Assembly (NCBI GenBank): GCA_021800155.1
Contig: JAJYZG010000001.1
Location: forward strand, 9,583-73,582
Length of the DNA stretch: 64,000 bases
Direction: 5' to 3'
Source: a bacterium
GTDB lineage: Bacteria; Patescibacteriota; Saccharimonadia; Saccharimonadales; UBA4665
Part shown: positions 31,288 through 40,916 of the stretch, one piece after another
How the letters are laid out: every line of letters starts with the position of its first letter
Numbering within the stretch: the first letter of the stretch is position 1
Translations under genes and position numbers: made by a program
Notes under the pieces: model-generated
Told to the model about the DNA's origin: nothing
The model's database searches: none
Seen by the model: only the letters and a program-made list of their open reading frames with translations

Positions 31288-32490
31288 ATGGAAAAACCGG
31301 TAATACTAACTGGCGTAAGATCAAATGCTGAACCGACGCTTGGAAATCTGCTTGGCGTAATTTTACCAATGGTACGTTTACAGCGAAAACACGCCAAAGA
31401 CTACAACATTAACTTTTTTGTACCGGATTTGCACAGCATTACCACGCACACAGATTATGTATCACTCTATAAAAACACGATAAATAACGTAAAATTAATT
31501 GTCGCCGCCGGTTTGGACATCAACGATCCGCAGATGTTAGTTTATCGGCAAAGCTATATTCCCGCTCATTCAGAAATGGCCTGGATTCTAGAATGCTTCG
31601 CTTATTATGGTGAGCTTAACCGCATGACCCAGTTTAAAGACAAGGTAGAGCGGATTGACTTTCGAGAGGAGCTAAATCTCAGCCTGAACAATTATCTGCA
31701 AATGCAACGCAAATTTGGTGAAAATTATACGAAACACGAATATATTGACTTTTTGGCCATGCATTTTGCTGGATTAAAGTCATTAGTCGAGCGACAGGAG
31801 AAGGAAGCCACGGTCGGTTTATTTAACTACCCGATATTAATGGCATCAGACATTCTTCTCTATGGTGCTAAGTACGTTCCGGTAGGAGAGGATCAACGAC
31901 AACATCTAGAATTGGCGCGTGACATAGCTATAAGGATGAACCGGGATTTTGGAAATCTATTTACAGTACCAGAACCGTGGGAGAAATTAACACAATTTGT
32001 AGCAGGTATATCTGGGGTACGGATTCGAAGTTTAAAACACCCCCAATTTAAGATGAGTAAAAGCGTCAGCGACCCTGCTGGCACAATTTTGTTGTCGGAT
32101 ACCCCCGAGCAAGCAAAAAGCAAGGTTTTAGATGCCACAACTGACTCAATCGGGCGAATAAACTACGATTTTAAAAACCAGTCCGGCGTTAGCAACTTAC
32201 TGCAAATTATTGGCATTCTCGAGAATAAAACCATCGAGGGTGTATTGAAGGATTGGCAAGAACAAACCAGCTATGTAAAGCTTAAACGAGCAGCCGGTGA
32301 CTTAGTCGCACAGTTTTTATCAGATATACAAAAAAATCTAAGATCAATATCTGATCAGGATATTATAGATAAACTCAGTCATGATGAGCCTATTGCGGCT
32401 CTTAAGGCCAATGCTACGTTATTAAACGTACAACGCGCAGTAGGATTGCGACCTATAATTAACGATTATCCAAGCGATGCCAGAAATTAG
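31288..32490 (+). CDS. trpS: Tryptophanyl-tRNA synthetase with a ~50-aa internal insertion
   Basis: Class-I fold with a PTLGNLLG (HIGH-equivalent) motif, MTQFKDK, YPILMASDILLY and KMSKS. It is 400 aa against about 330 for typical bacterial TrpRS. Confidence 0.85.
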   Translation: MEKPVILTGVRSNAEPTLGNLLGVILPMVRLQRKHAKDYNINFFVPDLHSITTHTDYVSLYKNTINNVKLIVAAGLDINDPQMLVYRQSYIPAHSEMAWILECFAYYGELNRMTQFKDKVERIDFREELNLSLNNYLQMQRKFGENYTKHEYIDFLAMHFAGLKSLVERQEKEATVGLFNYPILMASDILLYGAKYVPVGEDQRQHLELARDIAIRMNRDFGNLFTVPEPWEKLTQFVAGISGVRIRSLKHPQFKMSKSVSDPAGTILLSDTPEQAKSKVLDATTDSIGRINYDFKNQSGVSNLLQIIGILENKTIEGVLKDWQEQTSYVKLKRAAGDLVAQFLSDIQKNLRSISDQDIIDKLSHDEPIAALKANATLLNVQRAVGLRPIINDYPSDARN

Positions 32491-33352
32491 CATAATTTAT
32501 AAAAAATCAGGCACCGAACGGCTAGATAGATTCCTTAGTTCGAATTATTCCGCGTTTAGCCGGAGCGAAATTGCAAAATTTATAAGCTTGAATCAGATTA
32601 AGGTCAATAATAAGATTGGCAAACGCGCATCTAAATTAAGTTATGGTGATGTAATCAGCTATCCAGATAAACTCTTTGCAATTACCGCACCAGTTAATAT
32701 AGATATACCCATACTATACGAAGATGACTTCTGCTTAGTACTAGAAAAACCGAATGGGGTACTAACTCATGCCAAAGGATCGCTTAACTTAGAGCCAAGT
32801 GTCGCTAGTTTTATTCAGTCAAGAATTGATTCTGGTATATCCGGTAATCGAGCCGGTATTGTCCATCGTTTAGATCGCAATACATCCGGAATCATACTTG
32901 TTGCCAAATCAGCCAGAGCGCAGCAGTACTTGCAGCGCCAATTTGCTAAACGGCAAGTCAGAAAAGTCTATTATGCAATTGTTGCGGGAAACTTAGACAA
33001 ATCGGAGGCTGAAATCAATATGCCGATTGAGCGAAACCCCAAGCACCTTGCCACTTTCCGAGTCGGCCCAAACGGTAAGGCTGCGCTTACTTACTACAAA
33101 GTCATTGCATCTACTAAGTCTTTTAGCTTGTTGGAGATGAGACCAGAAACCGGTAGAACCCATCAACTTCGGGTGCATCTTAAAGCTATAGGTCATCCGA
33201 TCGTCGGTGACACAATTTATGGCGGCATTCCGGCGGCACGACTAATGCTTCATGCCTACAAGCTGTCATTTATACTTCCAGACATCGGCCGAAAAGAATA
33301 TATTGCACCTTTACCAAAAGAGTTTGATGAATTTGTAAAGTATAAAATATAA
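32477..33352 (+). CDS. RluA-family 23S rRNA pseudouridine synthase (RluD-like)
   Basis: N-terminal S4 domain and the catalytic HRLDRNTSGIILVAK motif; KVYYAIV, TGRTHQLRVHL. Confidence 0.88.
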   Translation: MPEISIIYKKSGTERLDRFLSSNYSAFSRSEIAKFISLNQIKVNNKIGKRASKLSYGDVISYPDKLFAITAPVNIDIPILYEDDFCLVLEKPNGVLTHAKGSLNLEPSVASFIQSRIDSGISGNRAGIVHRLDRNTSGIILVAKSARAQQYLQRQFAKRQVRKVYYAIVAGNLDKSEAEINMPIERNPKHLATFRVGPNGKAALTYYKVIASTKSFSLLEMRPETGRTHQLRVHLKAIGHPIVGDTIYGGIPAARLMLHAYKLSFILPDIGRKEYIAPLPKEFDEFVKYKI

Positions 33353-33355
33353 CTC

Positions 33356-34222
33356 ATGGACGATCTGCTGCTCAGCCATACAACCGAACAAACTGTCAAT
33401 TCTTTTATTTTTAATCCCGGCAGCGGATTGTTACTGATTGGTTCAGCCGGATCCGGTAAAACTACGATTTTACGCTACATAGCTGCAAGGTTGCTTGATT
33501 TAGATGAATCACAAATTAATTCATACCCGTATATCATGCAGCTAATGCCTAATGAAAAAAACTCTCTTGGCATTGATCAAATCCGAGCAATTAATCGTTT
33601 CATTTCACTGGCAATTCCACGTAATGACGTACAACAGATTAAGCGTCTAATTCTAATTGATGATGCAGACAAACTTACGCTTGAAGCACAAAACGCAGTA
33701 TTAAAAAACCTAGAAGAGCCACCTTATAATACGGTATTTTTACTCAGTTGCACTAATCCTAACGCATTATTAGCTACACTAAGGTCAAGGGTAACGCAGA
33801 TAAGGATAGCAAACCCTAACCGAGATGCTTTGATGAGCCACTTAGAGCGCCTAAGCCCAAATAAGCAGGCTATAGAGCGTGCTGTTGGAATAAGCGGCGG
33901 ATCGATCGGAAAAACCATTGGTATCATTGAGCAGGACGAAACTCATACTCTAGCAATTGCCGCTAAAGTTGCAAAGAATGTTCTTTCGGCCAGCTTGTAC
34001 GAGCGATTGCTTATGGTTAACGATTTAGCTAAGGATCCCAAACTTGTGAACGACTTGGTTACAATTCTTCAACAAATGGCCGATATTAGTTTAGAAAAGG
34101 CAGTCGGTGCGCAAGCTACGCGCTGGAAAAGTATTCTCAATGTCGCTTATAAAACCCGTCAGTACCTCGAGCATAGGACGAACATGCGCTTAACACTTAC
34201 GTATTTGATGCTTAATTTGTAA
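33356..34222 (+). CDS. holB: DNA polymerase III delta-prime subunit (clamp-loader AAA+)
   Basis: Walker A GSAGSGKTT, DDADKLT (DExx), NAVLKNLEEPP, SRV sensor (LRSRVTQI). Confidence 0.8.
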   Translation: MDDLLLSHTTEQTVNSFIFNPGSGLLLIGSAGSGKTTILRYIAARLLDLDESQINSYPYIMQLMPNEKNSLGIDQIRAINRFISLAIPRNDVQQIKRLILIDDADKLTLEAQNAVLKNLEEPPYNTVFLLSCTNPNALLATLRSRVTQIRIANPNRDALMSHLERLSPNKQAIERAVGISGGSIGKTIGIIEQDETHTLAIAAKVAKNVLSASLYERLLMVNDLAKDPKLVNDLVTILQQMADISLEKAVGAQATRWKSILNVAYKTRQYLEHRTNMRLTLTYLMLNL

Positions 34223-34246
34223 GGTCTATAATGAAGTCTACTAATA

Positions 34247-34900
34247 ATGACAGAACTATTAATAATAATCGCTTTTGCGGCTTTAGCATTTTATAACTTA
34301 AATGTGCACGGCGACGAGTTTGCAAACGCATCGCGTAAGATCAGCGACAGAGTCGGCAAGCTATGGGACATAGCCCATAACAGTATGCGAGAAAATCGAC
34401 TGTTACGAGCAGAGAAGGCATTACTGACAATTTTAAAGATTGATGAACGCAATGCCGCTGCATACAATCGGTTGGGAATACTTTACGCCAAACAAAAAGA
34501 ATTCCGTGATGCGATCGATTGTTTTGAAATTGCCAGCAGCATCGAAGCAACACCGTCATCACTTCATAATCTGGGCCTAATATATTATGAAACTGAAAAT
34601 TACGATAAAGCTGCCGTTGCGTTTGAGCAAGCACTTAAGTTAGAAGAGAAATTAGCCGCTAGACATATAGCCTACGCAAAGGTTCAGGAAAAACTCGGTA
34701 ACTTAAAATTAATGACGCATGAGCTTGAACGTGCAGCAGAACTTGAACCAAATAAAGAGAGTTATACTTTGCTTCTTAAGGCCTACTCAAGCCAAGGCAT
34801 GACAGAAGAAGTCGACATGATTACAGCAAAGTTAAAGAGAATGAGCAAATTACCTCATAGGCCAAAACGTATAATGCGCCCCAGGCATATCGTTGCCTAA
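34247..34900 (+). CDS. TPR-repeat protein with an N-terminal membrane anchor
   Basis: Hydrophobic N-terminus, then three or more TPR-like units (AAYNRLGILYAKQKEFRDAIDCFE..., LHNLGLIYYETENYDKAAVAFEQAL...). Confidence 0.75.
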   Translation: MTELLIIIAFAALAFYNLNVHGDEFANASRKISDRVGKLWDIAHNSMRENRLLRAEKALLTILKIDERNAAAYNRLGILYAKQKEFRDAIDCFEIASSIEATPSSLHNLGLIYYETENYDKAAVAFEQALKLEEKLAARHIAYAKVQEKLGNLKLMTHELERAAELEPNKESYTLLLKAYSSQGMTEEVDMITAKLKRMSKLPHRPKRIMRPRHIVA

Positions 34901-34937
34901 TTACGACATACAGTAATTACAAAAGGTGCAATTCAAT

Positions 34938-35023
34938 TGGTGCAGGGAGAGGGATTCGAACCCCCGAAGGCGAATGCCAGTTGTTTTACAGACAACCGTG
35001 TTTGACCGCTTCACTATCCCTGC
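34938..35023 (-). tRNA. tRNA-Tyr (GUA), long variable arm, CCA encoded
   Basis: The reverse complement folds as a cloverleaf: acceptor GCAGGGA/TCCCTGC, anticodon stem GTTGT/ACAAC, loop CTGTAAA, GGTTCGAATCC T-arm, 3' ACCA. Confidence 0.9.
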
Positions 35024-35029
35024 TGATTT

Positions 35030-35105
35030 TGGAGCCACGACCGGGGCTCGAACCCGGGACCTCATCCTTACCATGGATGCGCTCTACCAACTGAGCTATC
35101 GCGGC
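35030..35105 (-). tRNA. tRNA-Thr (GGU), CCA encoded
   Basis: Reverse complement GCCGCGATAGCTCAGTTGGTAGAGCGCATCCATGGTAAGGATGAGGTCCCGGGTTCGAGCCCCGGTCGTGGCTCCA, with anticodon loop ATGGTAA. Confidence 0.9.
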
Positions 35106-35109
35106 TTAT

Positions 35110-35138
35110 TTGACCGCCTAAATATAGCAAATTATATC
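35110..35138 (+). promoter_or_regulatory. Candidate promoter for tRNA-Thr(UGU)-rpmG (TTGACC-17-TATATC)
   Basis: Lies in the 64-nt divergent spacer between the tRNA genes, with the hexamers at 35110..35115 and 35133..35138. Confidence 0.45.
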
Positions 35139-35169
35139 TGTTTTTGCTACACTCTGTAGCTGAAGATAG

Positions 35170-35246
35170 GCCGCCTTAGCTCAGCTGGTCAGAGCGTCAG
35201 TTTTGTAAACTGAAAGTCGTCGGTTCAAATCCGACAGGCGGCTCCA
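35170..35246 (+). tRNA. tRNA-Thr (UGU), CCA encoded
   Basis: Acceptor GCCGCCT/AGGCGGC, AGCTCAGCTGGTCAGAGC D-arm, anticodon stem TCAGT/ACTGA with loop TTTGTAA, GGTTCAAATCC T-arm. Confidence 0.9.
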
Positions 35247-35286
35247 TTTACATAATACACATTAATCTGTTAGGATATAAATCTAG

Positions 35287-35490
35287 ATGGCAAAGAAAGG
35301 TGACAAACGCAAAGTTATTGGGCTGCTAAGTGAGGAAAGTGGAGAACGAATTTACTATACCACCAAAAATACGGTGAATACTCCCGACAAGTTAACACTA
35401 CGCAAGTACAGTCCTAAATTACGGCGACACGTAATCTTTACCGAGACGAATAAAAATCTGGGACGAAACGAAGCGCCAAAACGGCATTAA
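35287..35490 (+). CDS. rpmG: 50S ribosomal protein L33, cysteine-free (C-) form
   Basis: ...[34 protein letters not shown] matches the L33 core (Y.T.KN.RN.P.KLEL.KY.P..R.H). Both CxxC positions are Ser or other residues. Confidence 0.85.
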   Translation: MAKKGDKRKVIGLLSEESGERIYYTTKNTVNTPDKLTLRKYSPKLRRHVIFTETNKNLGRNEAPKRH

Positions 35491-37421
35491 GAGTCGTAAT
35501 AATCAAGCAGAGTGTTGATGATTTCTGCATGACTCCATACCAAGGGAGCGACACCCTGCGGAGTGCCTTTTTCGGGATCGAATTGCTCGCTAAATATGCC
35601 ACTAGACAATTGGCGCGTGAGAGACCATTCTATATACTTTAAAGCCTCTTCCTTTTGTTTAACGGCTAAAAGGTACTGAGCGTACCAAAGAGTACAAACT
35701 ATCCATGGGTTTCCTAAGAATATTTTATTATTTAAGAAATAATCATCATGTTCGTAACGAACTACGCCACCAACGGGTACAGCATCGACCAACTTATTCT
35801 TAACTACCTCGGCCGTTTTAATAATCATTTCATCATCTAACGCTAATCCGCTAAACATATACGGACCATATAACGATGATATATCAACTACGTTGTCATA
35901 CGTGATAGTCCCTTCGTTGTCATATAAAAAACCTTTGCGGAAATAACTATCCGGGTGAAACAGCTTATTCAAGTGACTGCGCATATCATTCGCAGCATCC
36001 TGCCAAAGTCTGGCGTCCTCAACGTGCTCTGTCATCTTCGCAAATTTAACAGCATTATCCAAACCGGCGATGACCGTACTGACAGTATAGGTAGTCGTTA
36101 AGAACTTTTGTTCCCATAAATCGTAACTAGCATGAGGCAAACCGGTCTGACGATCAATATAATGGCATATAAAGTGTGCACACGGCGCAATAAAGCTGTC
36201 ATAAAAAGACTGAATAAAAGCTTCGTCTTGGCTTTCGCTGTAATATACACCCAGCATGAAAATAATCGACGCTGTTTCATCTTCCTGTATAGCAAGTTCT
36301 TTCGAACGATTATGGATTAATGGGTGCCACGTACTGCCAATGGCCCTGTCCGGCTGGTACTTATGCATCATATATCCCTCTCGGTTTAGGGTGTCTTTTG
36401 CGAAAATGAAGAAATTCTTTGCTTCATCATACAACCCTAATCGAATCAAAGGCCAAATGGCATAACACGCATCGCGCGGCCAACAGTAGCAGTAATAATC
36501 CCGCCAATAGTTGAAAATTGATGAATCGCCGCTCGCTAGAATTGATCCTCGCTCGTCACAATGTGCTTTAATGACCAGCAGGCTTTTAGTAATTGCTTTG
36601 TAATGTTCTTGCGAACTAACCTTATGTAATCGTTCAAGCGCCGGGGTAATCCACTCGTGCCATTTAATCCTGACGGCTTCTTGTCTTTCGCCTATATCAT
36701 AATGCTTTAGGTATGTATGTACCTTTTGAGCTTCGTATTGGCTATCCGCTGCGGCAACCCAATAATCAACATCATAACTGCTGCCGGCGCGGATTCTTCT
36801 GGCAAACCGAATGATGCTATCGACACCTCCGTGCTCTACAGGATTATTAGACAGCTCTCCGTCCTCAGCATCTTTAAACGTACCTTCACGACCCTCAACA
36901 TTAAAGCTACCGACTGCATATTGATCATAATCACCGCCATCAACAAACTTACCTGCGATCAGCAAGCAGCAACGCCCCTTATAGTCCAGTATATAGTGGT
37001 CATCCGGTACATAAAGTGCGGTATCAGCACGACCCCGTCTTGATATTTCAAATACTTGATGCATGAACAGGCGCACTTCGTGGTCCAGTTCATCCTGGTT
37101 AGTTACTCTAATGCGGCGAATCAAGGCGTCATACTCTTTATCTACAAAATCAGACATTTCAAGCGTAACTTTTAGTTTATGCGAACTGATTTTAACCTTG
37201 CTAATTAAAGCGCGCTCCTCAAAATCTAAACTAATATCCCAGCTGCCGTCATCAATCCAGGAAAAAGTACCATCGACCCACACGCCAATTTTATGCGGCA
37301 CACTACGCGCATTGGTTAAATTGTCTAGTCCGACGTATGGATAATAAAAATCATGTACCAAACCATTATCATCTAGCCCGACAAATAATCTACCGTTGCT
37401 CAATACTACTGGACGCGACAT
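35487..37421 (-). CDS. Glycoside hydrolase family 15 (glucoamylase/glucodextranase-like)
   Basis: 644 aa with an N-terminal beta-sandwich and an (alpha/alpha)6 region carrying CWPRDACY and SEQFDPEKG motifs typical of GH15. Confidence 0.8.
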   Translation of the reverse strand: MSRPVVLSNGRLFVGLDDNGLVHDFYYPYVGLDNLTNARSVPHKIGVWVDGTFSWIDDGSWDISLDFEERALISKVKISSHKLKVTLEMSDFVDKEYDALIRRIRVTNQDELDHEVRLFMHQVFEISRRGRADTALYVPDDHYILDYKGRCCLLIAGKFVDGGDYDQYAVGSFNVEGREGTFKDAEDGELSNNPVEHGGVDSIIRFARRIRAGSSYDVDYWVAAADSQYEAQKVHTYLKHYDIGERQEAVRIKWHEWITPALERLHKVSSQEHYKAITKSLLVIKAHCDERGSILASGDSSIFNYWRDYYCYCWPRDACYAIWPLIRLGLYDEAKNFFIFAKDTLNREGYMMHKYQPDRAIGSTWHPLIHNRSKELAIQEDETASIIFMLGVYYSESQDEAFIQSFYDSFIAPCAHFICHYIDRQTGLPHASYDLWEQKFLTTTYTVSTVIAGLDNAVKFAKMTEHVEDARLWQDAANDMRSHLNKLFHPDSYFRKGFLYDNEGTITYDNVVDISSLYGPYMFSGLALDDEMIIKTAEVVKNKLVDAVPVGGVVRYEHDDYFLNNKIFLGNPWIVCTLWYAQYLLAVKQKEEALKYIEWSLTRQLSSGIFSEQFDPEKGTPQGVAPLVWSHAEIINTLLDYYDS

Positions 37422-37441
37422 TTACCCACCCTTTCACCACA

Positions 37442-38647
37442 TTAGACCAACACGCCCTTATCCATCAGCCTGGATTTTAAATCGTGAAAGGCATTCATGA
37501 AGTTAAGATAAGCTTCATACGGTGAGTCGTACGGACTGAAGTAGGCATGAATATCTCCGTCGTTAAACCATTTAATGCACATATAGTAAAAGTGGTCACT
37601 AGTTTGTAGCTTTCTCCAGTCTTCAATAAGCGACCAATCATTAAGAGTTAGCAGTGGCATTTCCAGATTATATAAAGCTTCGGCCGCCTGTTGCTGCATT
37701 GAATTACCCAACCAGGCACTCAAATCACGCTCAGTATCGGCCCAGGTAACTGTCCCGGGGCTGTCAACCTCACCGACGCTTTTTATCTTGTCTACAGCTT
37801 CGGACACTGTCATAAAATGGTGCCCGCTCGTTTTCAACCATTCTTTCGGTAGAAATTTAAGAAAATCAAAAATACCCGATTCGCGCCACTGATGTTCTCC
37901 GAAGGTCTCATAATCCATGAATAAATTAAAGTTAGTCGAACTTTGATCCTGATTTAACCAATGAACAAACTTGCTCGCAGTTAAAGGCCACTCTTCCCAA
38001 CTACTGTTGCCGAAGCGAAAAGCTATATCATCACTTAATTGATAATTTTTGAGCAAAAGCTTAATTCCTGGAGCGCCAATAGGGGTATAAACATAATTAG
38101 GACTTCTCCAACCTAGCATCTGATGCCAGCCTTCAGCTAAGACCGCTTTAAACCCGGCTCCTTGCGCCCAGGCAGCTAAATCATTGTTGTATGCCAATTC
38201 TGTATTTCGAAATACACTAGGTTCTTGGTTAAATAATCTCTTTATTATCTCGCGATGCATATTGACCTGTGTTTCAAATTCACTGCGTGAATAAAAGAAC
38301 GCTAACGAATGATGGTATGTTTCAGAAACTAATTCAACTCTGCCAGTACCCGTTAGGGCTTGAAATGAAGCCAAAACATCGGGTGCCCATTTTTCTAATT
38401 GTTCCAGCAGCAAGCCAGACATTGACAGGCTAAGCTTAAACTGGGGGTATTTCTGGAGCAATTTTAGCAAAACTTCGTTAGTAGGAAGATAGCTTTTTTC
38501 AGCAACTTTCATAAGTATTTTATGGTTATTTTCATTGGATTCCCAATCTGCATCAAAATAGTCGTGGTTAACACCGGCGTCGAATATTGTATAGTGTCGT
38601 AGACGATATGGCTGATGCACGTGTAAATACAACAAAATCGACTTCAT
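37442..38647 (-). CDS. Glycoside hydrolase family 57 (alpha-amylase-type)
   Basis: HVHQPYR (region 1), RVELVSETYHH, FRNTELAY (nucleophile region), MDYETFGEH (acid/base region), SDHFYYM. Confidence 0.8.
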   Translation of the reverse strand: MKSILLYLHVHQPYRLRHYTIFDAGVNHDYFDADWESNENNHKILMKVAEKSYLPTNEVLLKLLQKYPQFKLSLSMSGLLLEQLEKWAPDVLASFQALTGTGRVELVSETYHHSLAFFYSRSEFETQVNMHREIIKRLFNQEPSVFRNTELAYNNDLAAWAQGAGFKAVLAEGWHQMLGWRSPNYVYTPIGAPGIKLLLKNYQLSDDIAFRFGNSSWEEWPLTASKFVHWLNQDQSSTNFNLFMDYETFGEHQWRESGIFDFLKFLPKEWLKTSGHHFMTVSEAVDKIKSVGEVDSPGTVTWADTERDLSAWLGNSMQQQAAEALYNLEMPLLTLNDWSLIEDWRKLQTSDHFYYMCIKWFNDGDIHAYFSPYDSPYEAYLNFMNAFHDLKSRLMDKGVLV

Positions 38648-39849
38648 GCATAAACTCCTTTCAACTGCCGTTCGTACAACTGTTTAACCTGACTCGTTGG
38701 TTTTTCCCAGCTTAGATGAGGTAATTCAGATTCCAATGCCGCGCTCATCGTGCGTCGCATCGCATCACTATTCAACATACCGACGATCTTATTCGCCATC
38801 TCGTTAACATCCCAAAAATCTACTTTTAGGCAGTTGGCTAACACTTCCGCTACGCCGGATTGCTTGGAAATGATCGATGGAACTCCGTAAAAACCCGCTT
38901 CCAACGGAGTTAGCCCAAACGGTTCAGAAACCGACGGCATAACAAACAAGTCAGATACTGCAAATGAGTCCCGCCATGGTTTTCCTCTCTGAAATCCCGC
39001 AAACACCACGTTCTCACCAATCCCCAAATCGGCAGAAAGCCTGATCAGCTCAAAGTACTGCTCGCCGCTGCCAACAACCAGAAAGATTGTTCTGGGCATA
39101 CGCTCAACCACCATTTTGGCTGCATGTAGTAAGTTAGTTAATCCCTTTTGCAGGGTCAGACGCCCGACATTAGACACGACCTTATAACCATTACGCTTTA
39201 ATTGAGTCAAATAACGATAAGTATTATCCGTACTGATTGGTGCCAGCATATTACGGTCAATACTATTATAGACAACCTCTATCTTATCAGGGTTAATTCC
39301 ATAATCGCGTACGATTGCTCGCTTCGTTAGCTCACTAACAGCTATTACGCTGTCGGCAGCCAGTACAGCTAACTCTTCAATTTCACGTACCAGTGGATTA
39401 CCCAGCTGTCCGGCTGCCCTATCGGACTCAACGCTGTGCAGATGTACAATTAACGGGCAACCGCGCTCAGCTTTAACCTTTAATGCTGCGCGAAACGTAA
39501 GCCAATCGTGAGCGTGAATAATGTCAAAGGACATGCTAGCCGCCATATCGCTAACCGCATGTTCATATAGTCTCGACTGTGTGTAGATGTCTTTGTAATC
39601 GCTATGGCCATCGACATAAACATACTTATAACTATCATATGCGATTCCCGAACTTAAAATTTCCAGAACGCCTTTAGGCCTGGCGGCCGTAACTTTCATA
39701 AACGATATATTGTGGTCGGCTTGGTATGGCAGAATGAATTCGATATCAACTTCGTTTTTAGCTAAAGCTTCGCAGAGCTGATAACAAGCCACTCCTAATC
39801 CACCGCTGTTATGCGGCGGCAACTCCCAGCCGAGCATTAGTACTTTCAT
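38644..39849 (-). CDS. Glycogen-synthase-like glycosyltransferase (GT4/GT5, GT-B fold)
   Basis: MKVLMLGWELPPHNSGGLGVA N-terminus (K/NxGGL) and an E-x7-E motif (SEPFGLTPLEAGFYG). Its stop overlaps the GH57 start by 4 nt. Confidence 0.75.
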   Translation of the reverse strand: MKVLMLGWELPPHNSGGLGVACYQLCEALAKNEVDIEFILPYQADHNISFMKVTAARPKGVLEILSSGIAYDSYKYVYVDGHSDYKDIYTQSRLYEHAVSDMAASMSFDIIHAHDWLTFRAALKVKAERGCPLIVHLHSVESDRAAGQLGNPLVREIEELAVLAADSVIAVSELTKRAIVRDYGINPDKIEVVYNSIDRNMLAPISTDNTYRYLTQLKRNGYKVVSNVGRLTLQKGLTNLLHAAKMVVERMPRTIFLVVGSGEQYFELIRLSADLGIGENVVFAGFQRGKPWRDSFAVSDLFVMPSVSEPFGLTPLEAGFYGVPSIISKQSGVAEVLANCLKVDFWDVNEMANKIVGMLNSDAMRRTMSAALESELPHLSWEKPTSQVKQLYERQLKGVYA

Positions 39850-40034
39850 TAAGCTTATATAGTTTTAAATAATTAGTTTATATTTTGTTTTAGTTTTAAA
39901 GCCTCAAAAACAGTATAGGAGAAATTAAGCGTAAGCACAACCTTTTTTATCCTGGAACCGTGTAATCACATTAAACTCATAAACGCTGCTGTAGAAAATA
40001 GACGAATTAGGACAAATTGTTATGCCTACTAAGC

Positions 40035-40108
40035 TGGCAGGGGTGGTCGGATTCGAACCGACAGCACAGCTTTTGGAGAGCTGCCGCTTACCATTAACGG
40101 ACACCCCT
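40035..40108 (-). tRNA. tRNA-Trp (CCA anticodon), CCA end encoded
   Basis: Reverse complement AGGGGTG...CAGCTCTCCAAAAGCTG...GTCGGTTCGAATCCGACCACCCCTGCCA, with anticodon loop CTCCAAA. Confidence 0.9.
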
Positions 40109-40238
40109 AAACTCATCATTCACTTAACTATAATTCATTTTTATAGGTAAACTCAAATATTGCAAGGAGTTATAGGCCTGTTATATTATCTAATTTCCTC
40201 TTTCAAGATAAGTAAAATTCTGCTATACATATACAGTA

Positions 40239-40895
40239 ATGAATAAAATTGTCCCGATTAAACCACTGCTGATTATGCTCTACGGTTATCCGGGTTCGGG
40301 GAAGAGCTATGTGGCCAGACAGCTAACCGGTCACATCCAAGCTGTACATGTTCAAGGTGAGCGGATTAGGTATGAGTTATTTGAACAACCCCGTTATGAC
40401 AAGCAAGAAAATGCCGTCATAGCTCAACTCATGAACTATATGACCCAAGAGTTTTTGGCAGCTGGTATAAGTGTGATATATGACACAAACTCTTCAAGAG
40501 CAGCACAACGCCATATGCTTCGTGACTTAGCTAGGCGGCTAAAGACTCAACCACTAGTAATATGGCTGCAGATCGATGCCGAATCATCTTTCCTAAGAAC
40601 TCAACAACGTGACAGGCGAAAGGCCGACGATCGCTTCAGTGGAACTATTGACCGGACAACCTTTGATACTATCTTAAGTCATATGCAAAACCCAACAAAC
40701 GCTGAAGACTATGTCGTAATCAGCGGTAAGCATGTGTTCTCAACTCAGTTATCGGCAATTCTAAAAAAACTCAACGATCTCAATTTACTGCGCGTAGAAG
40801 ATGTTAATTCAGGCGTAGCAAAACCGGAACTGGTAAACTTAATTCCGAACTCTGGACGAGTCGATCTAAAGCGACGGAACATCGTAATTAGATAA
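40239..40895 (+). CDS. P-loop kinase-like ATPase (AAA_33/zeta-toxin-like fold)
   Basis: Walker A YGYPGSGKSY near the N-terminus and a Walker-B-like VIYDTN; 218 aa. The substrate cannot be assigned. Confidence 0.6.
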   Translation: MNKIVPIKPLLIMLYGYPGSGKSYVARQLTGHIQAVHVQGERIRYELFEQPRYDKQENAVIAQLMNYMTQEFLAAGISVIYDTNSSRAAQRHMLRDLARRLKTQPLVIWLQIDAESSFLRTQQRDRRKADDRFSGTIDRTTFDTILSHMQNPTNAEDYVVISGKHVFSTQLSAILKKLNDLNLLRVEDVNSGVAKPELVNLIPNSGRVDLKRRNIVIR

Positions 40896-40916
40896 ATCAA
40901 TCCTATTAGTTAAAAC

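Noticed and set aside
34926-35159. 77-aa plus-strand ORF spanning the tRNA cluster.
   Set aside because: It is the reverse reading of the tRNA-Tyr and tRNA-Thr genes, whose cloverleaf structures explain the sequence.
39925-40119. 64-aa minus-strand ORF.
   Set aside because: It overlaps tRNA-Trp (40035..40108) and has no RBS.
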